Assembly: GCA_950097015.1 (NCBI GenBank)
Contig: CATNEN010000039.1
Span: 4,402,001 to 4,466,000, forward strand
Reading direction: 5' to 3'
DNA: 64,000 nt
Origin: Macrostomum hystrix
Lineage: Eukaryota; Animalia; Platyhelminthes
Shown one piece after another: positions 1-11,200 of the stretch. The position numbers were made by a program, and so were the translations under genes. The notes below the pieces were generated by a model that saw only the letters and a program-made list of their open reading frames with translations, had not been told where the DNA came from and did no database searches. Numbering within the stretch: the stretch's first letter is position 1; every line of letters starts with the position of its first letter.

Positions 1-159
1 GTGGATGTAGCGGCCTTTCATTTCTTCCCTTTTTTATCATTGGTGCATCTTGAGGCCAGTGCTTAGCACACACGCCCATGTAGTCTGTCACGGTTCTAAC
101 ACGGTCTGTCACGTCACAGATGTCAGAAAACAGTTTCGTAACAGCTCCAGTACTCAGGG

Positions 160-1509
160 TCCAGTGGAAAAGTGCAGGTGGAATGCACAGTTGTAAAATG
201 TCCCATTGATGGCGGAACGATGACAAATTCATCGCATGCATGCTGGCTTGAATCGTACGGTCCAGGTCAGGATTCGACGGCCCAGGCTGGTCAGGAGTCG
301 TCATTGCACCAGCCCCAACAGAGGGTCTTGCGGCAGGCAAGGCGATTGATGCGACTGCCTTGGTATTGTCATTGCGTCCGATGGAACTGATGACGCTTGA
401 TAAATTTGCCATTTCAGCATCGCGCTTCCGACTGTGCCGAAGGTAGCGCTCAGTGGCAGTCACGGACTTATGGCCAGTTATTGATCCAATGTCCTTGAGG
501 GGTACACCATTTGCGTCGAGTTCAGTGACCACAGTAGCCCGGATGCAGTGTCCTGTGCACCTCTTGGTAAGCGCAGCAGCAGCAGAAATATAAGACATCA
601 TATTTCCGAGCGTGTTGTGGCCAACAACCTACTTTGCAAAGACCAAGAAGCGTCTAATCCACGTGTGCGTGGGCGTAGAAAGAAATGCGCGCTGTTGACA
701 TTCTCCTTGGACTTGGCCTCACCGATTTTCGTCATGTAGGTATCCAGCGCAGTATAGGGGCAGGGGCAACTAGCATTTCCAGTCTCAGCAAGCACCGACT
801 GCTTCCTGTCTTCGCTAGTCTTCGTCTCCAGGCTGCCCCGAACATTTTTGGTTTCCATAGGAACGAGCTTAAAAGCTCGGCGACCGTTAATTAAAATTCT
901 CTCAAAGGATTCCATGGAAAGCTTACGAAGCCATTCGCATCCTCGTAGTCCGAAGTGAAGCGCGATGAGATAGTAGACTTCGTGCTGTAGTTTTGTGGGA
1001 GTGGTACGATCGAACTAGTAGCGTAGTTTCGCACGTTTCAATCGACACAAACTGACGTACGGCGCCTCCGTTCTTCACAAAAGGCTGGCAGTGACTCGGA
1101 GCATCCTGTTTGCATTTGCGAATTGCTCATCAGCGATTATGTTGATCCCACGATTGCGCAGAAGGTAGCGAAAAAGGCCGGCTCTGGCTGTGATGAGCGT
1201 AGCAGGTGCATATAACGAGCCGTCCAGCTTCCGAATGAACGCATAGAAAATGCGTAAGGCCACAGCCAACTGTTCTACTTCGGCAGTAGCCAAAACACAG
1301 GCAACACCCTTCGCTTGCAAGACTTCACCAAACTTACGGACAGCCCAGTCCTCCTGCCTCATAGCTGATTTCGGCAAATTCTCCATTTCAAGTTGGTTCA
1401 GCTGTTCAGTCATTGTCTCAATCGTCGGATCATCTTCTTGAAAAAGTTCGTCAATAGCCGCAAGAGCCGCCTGATCCATATCGTCCACATCGAGTATCAT
1501 GGCGTCCAT
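160..1509 (-). mobile_element. Crypton-type (DUF3504-like) tyrosine recombinase, frameshifted remnant
   Basis: ORF 1075-1509 (ENLPKSAMRQEDWAVRKF...LRIFYAFIRKLDGSLYAPATL...AGLFRYL) and ORF 598-915 (...CPYTALDTYMTK...FFLRPR). A third frame read from 598 downward gives YR catalytic boxes TGHCIRAT...GVPLKDIGSITGHKS...ERY. A shifted frame near 170-210 gives GTFYNCAFH, a Crypton-like C-terminus. Frames are broken. Confidence 0.8.
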
Positions 1510-2207
1510 ATCCTTTCACGATCCATGCGATCCTTTATTTCGTATCAAGTAGAACCAGTCACATCACCTTACGACAGGTGAATCAACCCTAATGGGTATG
1601 AACAAGGCATGCCTCTGCCAACGGTTTTATACGATTATCACAGCTTAATCTATTCTCAGTGTGCCAGTTTTCTGTCACTTTCTTCCAACTAATCTGGACA
1701 AGAAAACTTCGCCCATAGACAGCCTTAGCGGTCATCAATCAAAATTCAAATTGGTGACCGCTGAAAGGCGTAGACTAAAACAAGCTACACCTTTTTCCAT
1801 TCTATTTTGGCAATCGTGCAATCAAAGTCAAAATCTTTTCATTCAATTCAGACAGTTTATGGTAGTTCTTGGCCGGACGTGCATTCAATTCCGACAAATG
1901 TGCTTTCAAAAGCGACAATTTTCAAACAAAGCAAACAAGCTACCACGAGAAACTGACACTTTGCAATCAATTCAAACAATTTGCAATCAATTCCGACACT
2001 TGGCTATGAATTGGCTTTTTCTGTCCACCTATCTATGGCTCATACTGCGAAATTTCCAATCAATTCCGACAAATTTCAATCTATTTAGACAAGCCATTGG
2101 AGTACATACTACATGTACTGTACATTTACAGTATACTTCAAAATGCAACACGACAACTAAAACTGAAATAGTCAGCAGAGTTCATGAGGTTCATAAAGAT
2201 TCAGCAG

Positions 2208-2870
2208 TCAGATTTTAGCCATCATCGGCACTTCCGCAATGCAGCGCGGTACATAAGTCAGACAATGGTTGTACCAAGCCCTGCAGTTGGCTCCGGTGAC
2301 GACGTTTACAGTACTATTCGTTACTCCCTCAAGCATATCACGCCGATATGCTGCTTTGGTTCGTCCAGCAAGAGCTTGCTGGTCGGGGTTCAGAAAGACG
2401 TCGATGTTTGTGGCTAGCTCGACTTTAATCGCAGCCTTCCAAGCCGATATCGCATTCTCGACGGGTGTCATGGTTAGGATTAGGGTGGGCTATAGGGAGG
2501 CAGGCGTCGCATCTCGATAACTCCAGGAAGTTCCTGATCTTCTCCGTCGTTATGACTACTTACGTTGTCATAAATGACAAAGGCTGGCTGGTTGAATGCT
2601 GACAAAAGAAAGATTCGCGGAATTTCTTAACATCTTGGTCGGCAACATACAAGAAGCATTCAACCAGCCAGCCTTTGTGACCGCTAATGTGATAATTTTT
2701 AGAAGCACTCTTTCGGACATAATACAATGCCAAAGAAGACTGGCTATTTGGGCATCAATGTCTATGACCTCGGGCGCTGCGCGCCCTCGGTCACAGACAT
2801 TGATGCCCGCATAGCCGGTCTTCGTTACACCATAGAACAATGCTTTTAAACGAGCCTCATACTTTTTTCG
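2208..2870 (-). mobile_element. Tc1/IS630-like DDE transposase remnant
   Basis: Minus-strand fragments FVIYDNVSSH, IEMRRLPPYSP..MTPVENAISAWKAAIK and NCRAWYNHCLTYVPRCI. Interrupted by a micro-inversion and a 14-nt insertion. Confidence 0.8.
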
Positions 2871-2891
2871 CCATGAATTGGCTCGTTTCCG

Positions 2892-2946
2892 GTCCTGAGC
2901 ACAGATACTATAATAACTGTGGTATTATAGTATCTGTGGTCCTGAG
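2892..2946. mobile_element. 39-bp hairpin with 8-bp TSD; candidate P-element-type excision footprint
   Basis: gtcctgag | cacagatactataata actgtgg tattatagtatctgtg | gtcctgag: perfect 16-bp inverted repeat and perfect 8-bp direct repeat. Confidence 0.7.
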
Positions 2947-2974
2947 TTATTAAGTTGTCCTTGAATAGACAGTA

Positions 2975-4057
2975 CACCATTTTACCTCCTATTTTGAACA
3001 AAGTCTTGTTCAAAAGAAACAAACAGAACTTCAGTTCAAAACACTTAAAGAAATATCAGCGCTTGCGGAAATTCAGTTCAAACAAAGTCCCTTTCTACTG
3101 AAACAGAAGAAATTCAATTCAGACTGTCTATGGCCAAAATTGTCCCCGAGTGACGCGCACGCGCAAACTTGAAATTCAAAAGAAACAAAGTCACATTCTA
3201 TTTCAACAGAGATTTTTGACACAGATACAATTTTTATTACATTAGTCTAACTTTTAGTTTTTCCTGCACTGCATAACTGAGCAATCTTTGCGCAATAAGA
3301 AACGATATGAATGCTGAAGATCAGATTGAAGAAGACGATGAATTGCTGGAAGAAGAAGGAATCGATGAATTTGAAGCAGAAGTCGATGGAGATATCGTGG
3401 AACAGCAGCCTCGTCGGTACGCTACTGTAAGCAACAGCGACAGAGACCGTATCATCAAGACTGCTGATCGTGGGGATGACTTTGTGGAACTGGCGCGCCA
3501 ACTTGCAGTCAATATGTCAATTGCAGTCAACGGCGTACACAATTGTGAGGTCAGGGAGGGAATCAATTGTGAGGGAATCAGTCGATGACGGCCTATCGGC
3601 GAGACATTCTGTACAACATGGTGGACAGAACCATTGGCTGCATCTCTGCGGACAAGTGCACTGAGTGGTTCAACCATGTATTTACATACATCCCTCACTG
3701 CCTTGGTGGACAGGCAATTGATGGTTAGGTGTCGCATTGAAGTTGACCAACTGACACTGTCTTGTACCTGTTTTTCATTTTACTCTTACGTTCGTCGATT
3801 TGTTGTGTTTTACCTCTTGAGTCTGTTGAAATAGAATGTGACTTTGTTTCTTTTGAATTTCAAGTTTGCGCGTGCGCGTCACTCGGGGACAATTTTTGCC
3901 ATAGACAGTCTGAATTGAATTTCTTCTGTTTCAGTAGAAAGGGACTTTGTTTGAACTGAATTTCCGCAAGCGCTGATATTTCTTTAAGTGTTTTGAATTG
4001 AAGCTCTGTTTGTTTCTTTTGAACAACACTTTGTTCAAAATAGGCGGTAAAATGGTG
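2975..4057 (+). mobile_element. Internally deleted Tc1/mariner-like element with about 236-bp TIRs and TA TSD
   Basis: TIRs 2975-3210 and 3822-4057 (ta|caccattttacc ... ggtaaaatggtg|ta). Inside are an N-terminal HTH-like remnant (ORF 3307: RYATVSNSDRDRII...LARQL) and a C-terminal remnant (ISADKCTEWFNHVFTYIPHCL, about 3600-3730). The DDE core is missing. Confidence 0.9.
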
Positions 4058-4267
4058 TATTTTCGCTATCAAATTCTTCTTCCATCGCGGTGTGGTTTAA
4101 GAGAAAGCTACAAAACAAAGTAATTCGGATTTCGTCTAGCTAATACTGTCTTAAATTTATGGAAAATTTATCTATGGTTCCAATGTGGGGCCCGATGGCT
4201 GCACCGCATTCGGCGTGGCTCAAGAGGAAAATAAGCAAAACAAAACAAAAATAAGCAATTCGGATTC

Positions 4268-4439
4268 ATATAAGATCACGGTAGTTTAATGTGCATTCTA
4301 TGGTAAAAGGTCCTCGGCCACACTTAATGGTCCTCGAGGACCTCGAGCCGATCGGCTCGCTTCGCTTGCCTCGTGACCATCAAATGCAGCCTCGGACTTT
4401 CTAACCCTAGAATGCGCATTAAACATCCATCATCTAATA
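4268..4439. repeat. Imperfect palindrome of about 170 bp (MITE-like)
   Basis: The arm tttaatgtgcattctatggtaaaaggtcctcggccacacttaatggtcctcgagg pairs imperfectly with cctcgtgaccatcaaatgcagcctcggactttctaaccctagaatgcgcattaaa. Confidence 0.7.
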
Positions 4440-5048
4440 CTTCTCGATTTCACTGCTATATTTTACGGTAGCTCGCCCATCAAAAACATCTCTTGCCCTC
4501 GATCTCTAACTTTATCGCAAAACCTGTCTATCTATTCTGTCACAATTTCTGAGTACGATACGAGTTTTATCGTTGCAACTTCTGTCTAAAATACACTATT
4601 TGTTGCATTCATTCGTTTTCTGATTGTAGGTCATATTTCTAGTTCTGATTTTATTTCATGGATATAAAAAAGCAATCAAATGAGCTAAAGAAATGAGCTC
4701 ATGGTGATACTGATTTAGCAATAATTTTTAGCAGATTTTTAGCAGATTTTTGGCTTACGGTAATTATTGTCCACTTATCATTTTTTAACAAACATGACGA
4801 GCATGGTTGAACAGATCATTGTGAAGCTTGCGCAGAGTATTAAAAAACCATTCAGCACAGAGAGTTATATGCTTATTAATTATTACGAGCCCGGCATGCT
4901 AGAGATTTGCAACGGAAATCAGTCAGCTTTTTTAATTCAGAGGAGACTATCAGCGCATTTTCAAAACTTTCAAAATACTGAATTTTCGAAAAAAAACTAC
5001 TAAATACTTTCAGTTCATTCAATGCCTCAATTCAATTCTTTAATAAGC

Positions 5049-5160
5049 TTCAACACATTCAACACCTTCAACACATTCAACACCTTCAACACATTCAACA
5101 CCTTCAACACATTCAACACATTGAACACATTCAACACATTCAACACATTCAACAAATTCA
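5049..5160. repeat. 9-bp tandem repeat (ttcaacacm)n in the putative mucin 3' UTR
   Basis: About 12 copies of ttcaacaca/ttcaacacc. Confidence 0.9.
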
Positions 5161-5271
5161 AAACATCAGTACATCAAATTATAACAGCGCACAAAAATTT
5201 GAATGTCAGCGTAGAGTTTACAGCGCAGGCATCAGCATCGCGAGCAGCAACATGCAGCCCAGAAAAACGGA

Positions 5272-8200
5272 TCAGAAAGGTAAAGCAGTCGTGCTTGCAC
5301 CGGCAGAAGTCATAGTTTTACGCGCAAAAGTCGTTATTGCACCCGCTGATGTCGTGATTGCACCGGCAGCAGTCGCTCTTGCACCGGCATTAGTAGTGGT
5401 TGCACCTGCAGCAGTCGTGATTCCACTCGAAGCAGTCGTGGTTGCACCGGCAGCAGTCCTGGTTGCACCGGCAGCAGTCGTGGTTGTACCCACAACAGTC
5501 GTAGTTAAAACTGCGGCAGTCGTGATTTTATCCGCATCAGTTTTGGTTGCACTCGCTGTAGTCGTGGTTGCAGCTGCAGCAGTCGTTGTTATTGGAATGC
5601 AATCAGTTTTGTCTGCGTTTGGTGTACACTCAAAAACTTCGTGCGACCTGTACCATCCAGCTGGGAAGACCTGATAAGAGCGTAGCTTTTCAGTGATGGT
5701 AGTTTCGCATCCGATTTCGGTCAATATAAACTGTGAGCTAATATTTTTGCCTGCATTCATATAAGCTTTCAGCATTTGACACTTCTCTGTAGGAGGACAA
5801 AAAATTAAAGCTGCGGTCGTTGAATTTATGTTACGTTCACCCTTGTCACTATTGTGCTTGAAGTACAGGCATTCTACTAGATTATCGGTCATTTTTAATA
5901 AACTCTCTTTATTGCAGTCATCACCGGTGCAGTCTTTGCAATATTTCGAATCCTCCGTTGCGTGACAGGCGCCGCAACCATATTCCAGTCTCTGAAAAGA
6001 GTTTCCGCTTGCAAAATGAAGCTTCACGAATTGGAATTTATAAGCTAATTAAATTACTTTTACTTCATTCAGTCGCTTACCACTTCGCCGCATGGAGAAT
6101 ATTTCGCTTTACACTTGGTGACATTGATTCTACAATGGGTAGAATTATTGTCATTCTTATACGTAGCAACAGATTGTTTTCCAATCGCCGAGATACATCG
6201 CCGAGATGCACCAGGAGCAGTCGTGGTTGTTCCGGCAGCAGTCATGGTTGCACCGGCATTAGTCGTGGTTGCACCGGCAGCAGTCGTGCTTCCACCCGCA
6301 GCAGTCGTGGTTGCACCGGCAGCAGTCGTGACTTCACCCGCTGATGTCGTGATTGCACCGGCAGCAGTCGTGTTTGCACCTGCAGCAGTCGTGGTTGCAC
6401 CTGCAGCAGTCGTGTTTGCACCTGCAGCAGTCGTGGTTGCACCTGCAGCAGTCGTGATTCCACTCGAAGCAGTCGTATTTGCACAAGCAGCATTTGTAGT
6501 TGTATCCGCAGCAGTCGTGATTTCACCCGCTGATGTCGTCATTGCACCGGCAGCAGTCGTGGTTGTACCAGCATTAGTCGTGGTTGCACCTGCAGCAGTC
6601 GTGGTTGCACCGGCAGCAGTCGTGGTTGCACCTGCACCAGTCGTGGTTAAACCGGCATTAGTCGTTGTTGCACCTACAGCAGTCGTGTTTCCACTCGAAG
6701 AAGTCGTGGTTGCACCGGCAGCAGTCGTGGTTGCACCGGCAGCAGTCGTGGTTGCACCGGCAGCAGTCGTTGTTGCACCGGCAGCAGTCGTGGTTGCACC
6801 GGCAGCAGTCGTGGTTGCACCGGCAGCAGTCGTTGTTGCACCGGCAGCACTCGTGGTTGCACTTTCAGCACTCGTAGTTGCACCGGAAGCAGTCGTGACT
6901 TCACCCGCTGATGTCGTGATTGCACCGCCAGCAGTCGTGGTTGCACCTGCAGCAGTCGTGGTTACACCGGCATTTGTCGTGGTTGCACCTGCAGCAGTCA
7001 TGATTCCACTCGAAGCTGTCGTGCTTGCACCGGCAGCATTTCTAGTTGTATCCGCAGCAGTCGTGATTGCACTGGCAGCAGTCGTGACTTCACCCGCTGA
7101 TGTCGTGATTGAAACGGCAGCAGTCGTGGTTGCACCTGCAGCAGTCTTTGTTACACCGGCATTAGTCGTGGTTGCACCTGCAGCAGTCTTGGTTGCACCG
7201 GCATAAGTTGTGGTTGCACTGGCAGCAGTCGTGACTTCACCCGCTGATGTCGTGATTGAAACGGCAGCAGTCGTGGTTGCACCTGCAGCAGTCTTTGTTA
7301 CACCGGCATTAGTCGTGGTTGCACCTGCAGCAGTCTTGGTTGCACCGTCATAAGTTGTGGTTGCACCTGCAGCAGTCGTGGTTAAAGCGGCATTAGTCGT
7401 TGTTGCACCTGCAGCAGTCGTGATTCCAATCGAAGAAGTCGTGGTTGCACCGGCAGCAGTCGTGGTTGAACCTGCAGCAGTCGTGATTCCACTCGAAGCA
7501 GTCGTGGTTGCACCGGCAGCAGTCGTGCTTGCAACAGCAGCAGTCGTGGTTGCACCGGCAGCAGTTGTGACTTCACCCGCTGAAGTCGTGATTGCACCGG
7601 CAGCAGACGTGGTTACACCTGCAGCAGTCGTGGTTAAACCGGCATTAGTCGTGGTTGCACCTGCAGCAGTCGTGGTTGAACCTGCAGCAGTCGTGATTCC
7701 ACTCGAAGCAGTCTTGGTTGCACCGGCAGCAGTCGTGGTTGCACCAGCAGCAGTCGTGGTTGCACCGGCAGCAGTCGTGACTTCACCCACTGAAGTCGTG
7801 ATTATACCGGCAGCAAACGTGGTTGCATCAGCAGCAGTCGTGATTGCACCGGCAGCAGTCGTCACTTCACCCGCTGAAGTCGTGATTGCACCGGCAGCAG
7901 ACATGGTTGCACCTGCAACAGTCGTGGTTAAACCGGCATTAGTCGTGGTTACACCTGCAGCAGTCGTGGTTGAACCTGAAGCAGTCGTGATTCCACTCGA
8001 AGCAGTCGTGGTTGCACCGGCAGCAGTCGTGGTTAAAATGGCATTAGTCGTCGTTGCACCTGCAGCAGTCGTGGTTGAACCTGAAGCAGTCGTGATTCCA
8101 CTCGAAGCAGTCGTGGTTGCACCGGCAGCAGTCGTGGTTGAACCTGCAGTAGTCGTGATTACACTCGAAGCAGTCTTGGTTGAACCTTCAGCAGTCGTGA

Positions 8201-11200
8201 TTCCACTCGAAGCAGTCGTGACTTCACCCGCTGAAGTCGTGATTGCACCGGCAGCAGTCGTGGTTGCACCGGCAGCAGTCGTGGTTGCACCAGCGGCAGT
8301 CGTGGTTGCACCGGCAGCAGTCGTGACTTCACCCGCTGAAGTCGTGATTATACCGGCAGCAAACGTGGTTGCAACAACAGCAGTCGTGATTGCACCGGCA
8401 GCAGACGTGGTTGCACCTGCAGCAGTCGCGGTAAAACCGGCATTAGTCGTGGTTGCACCTGAAGCAGTCGTGGTTGAACCTGCACCAGTCGTGATTCCAC
8501 TCGAAGCAGTCGTGGTTGCACCGGCAGCAGTCGTGGTTGCACCAGCAGCAGTCGTGGTTGCACCGGCAGCAGTCGTGACTTCACCCGCTGATGTCGTGAT
8601 TGCACCGGCAGCAGTCGTGGTTGCACCGGCATAAGTTGTGGTTGCACCTGCAGCTGTCGTGGTTGAACCTGCAGCAGTCGTGATTCCACTCGAAGCAGTC
8701 GTGGTTGCACCGGCAGCAGTCGTGGTTGCACCAGCAGCAGTCGTGGTTGCACCGGCAGCAGACGTGGTTGCACCTGCAGCAGTCGTGGTTAAACCGGCAT
8801 TAGTCGTTGTTGCACCTGCAGCAGTCGTGATTCCACTCGAAGAAGTCGTGGTTGCACCGGCAGCAGTCGTGGTTGAACCTGCAGCAGTCGTGATTCCACT
8901 CAAAGCAGTCGTGGTTGCACCGGCAGCAGTCGTGGTTGCACCAGCAGCAGTCGTGGTTGCACCGGCAGCAGTCATGGCTTCACCCGCTGAAGTCGTGATT
9001 GCACCGGCAGCAGTCGTGGTTAAACCGGCATTAGTCGTTGTTGCACCTGCAGCAGTCGTGATTCCACTCAAAGAAGTCGTGGTTGCACCGGCAGCAGTCG
9101 TGGTTGAACCTGCAGCAGTCGTGATTCCACTCGAAGCAGTCGTGGTTGCACCGGCAGCAGTCGTGGTTGCACCAGCAGCAGTCGTGGTTGCACCGGCAGC
9201 AGTCATGGCTTCACCCGCTGAAGTCGTGATTGCACCGGCAGCAGACGTGGTTGCACCTGCAGCAGTCGTGGTTAAACCGGCATTAGTCGTGGTTGCACCT
9301 GCAGCAGTCGTGGTTGAACCTGCATCAGTCGTGATTCCACTCGAAGCAGTCGTGGTTGCACCGGAAGCAGTCGTGCTTGCAACAGCAGCAGTCGTGGTTG
9401 CACCGGCAGCAGTTGTGACTTCACCCGCTAAAGTCGTGATTGCACCGGCAGCAGACGTGGTTACACCTGCAGCAGTCGTGGTTAAACCGGCATTAGTCGT
9501 GGTTGCACCTGCAGCAGTCGTGGTTGAACCTGCAGCAGTCGTGATTCCACTCGAAGCAGTCTTGGTTGCACCGGCAGCAGTCGTGGTTGCACCAGCAGCA
9601 GTCGTGGTTGCACCGGCAGCAGTCGTGACTTCACCCACTGAAGTCGTGATTATACCGGCAGCAAACGTGGTTGCACCAGCAGCAGTCGTGATTGCACCGG
9701 CAGCAGTCGTGACTTCACCCGCTGAAGTTGTGATTGCACCGGCAGCAGACGTAGTTGCACCGGCAGCAGTCGTGGTTAAACCGGCATTAGTCGTGGTTGC
9801 ACCTGCAGCAGTCGTGGATAAACCGGCATTAGTCGTGGTTGCACCTGCAGCAGTCGTGGTTGAACCTGAAGCAGTCGTGATTCCACTCGAAGCAGTCGTG
9901 GTTGCACCGGCAGCAGTCGTGGTTGAACCTGCAGTAGTCGTGATTACACTCGAAGCAGTCGTGGTTGCACCGGCAGCAGTCTTGGTTGAACCTTCAGCAG
10001 TCGTGATTCCACTCGAAGCAGTCGTGACTTCACCCGCTGAAGTCGTGATTGCACCGGCAGCAGTCGTGGTTGCACCGGCAGCAGTCGTGGTTGCACCAGC
10101 GGCAGTCGTGGTTGCACCGGCAGCAGTCGTGACTTCACCCGCTGAAGTCGTGATTATACCGGCAGCAGACGTGATTGCACCAGCAGCAGTCGTGGTTGCA
10201 CCGGCAGCAGTCGCGACTTCACCCGCTGAAGTCGTGATTGCACCGGCAGCAGTCGTGGTTGCACCGGCAGCAGTCGTGACTTCACCCGCTGATGTCGTGA
10301 TTATACCGGCAGCAGACGTGATTGCACCAGCAGCAGTCGTGGTTGCACCGGCAGCAGTCGCGACTTCACCCGCTGAAGTCGTGATTGCACCGGCAGCAGA
10401 CGTTGTTGCGTCGGCAGCAGTCGTGGTTAAACCGGCATTAGTCGTGGTTGCACCTGCAGCAGTCGTGGTTGAACCTGCAGCAGTCGTGATTCCACTCGAA
10501 GCAGTCTTGGTTGCACCGGCAGCAGTCGTGACTTCACCCGCTGAAGTCGTGATTGCACCGGCAGCAGACGTGGTTGCACCTGCAGCAGTCGTGGTTAAAC
10601 CGGCATTAGTCGTGGTTGCACCTGCAGCAGTCGTGGTTAAACCGGCATTAGTCGTGGTTGCACCTGAAGCAGTCGTGATTCCACTCGAAGCAGTCGTGGT
10701 TGCACCGGCAGCAGTCGTGCTTAAAATGGCATTAGTCGTCGTTGCACCTGCAGCAGTCGTGGTTGAACCTGAAGCAGTCGTGATTCCACTCGAAGCAGTC
10801 GTGGTTGCACCGGCAGCAGTCGTGGTTAAAATGGCATTAGTCGTCGTTGCACCGGCAGCAGTCGTGACTTCACCCACTGAAGTCGTGATTATACCGGCAG
10901 CAAACGTGGTTGCACCAGCAGCAGTCGTGATTGCACCGGCAGCAGTCGTCACTTCACCCGCTGAAGTCGTGATTGCACCGGCAGCAGACGTGGTTGCACC
11001 TGCAACAGTCGTGGTTAAACCGGCATTAGTCGTGGTTGCACCTGCAGCAGTCGTGGTTGAACCTGAAGCAGTCGTGATTCCACTCGAAGCAGTCGTGGTT
11101 GCACCGGCAGCAGTCGTGGTTAAAATGGCATTAGTCGTCGTTGCACCTGCAGCAGTCGTGGTTGAACCTGAAGCAGTCGTGATTCCACTCGAAGCAGTCG

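Noticed and set aside
5272-5274. TGA as selenocysteine
   Set aside because: It lies in a GPI-signal-like tail that would be cleaved off, it is not in a redox motif, and I recognised no SECIS by eye.
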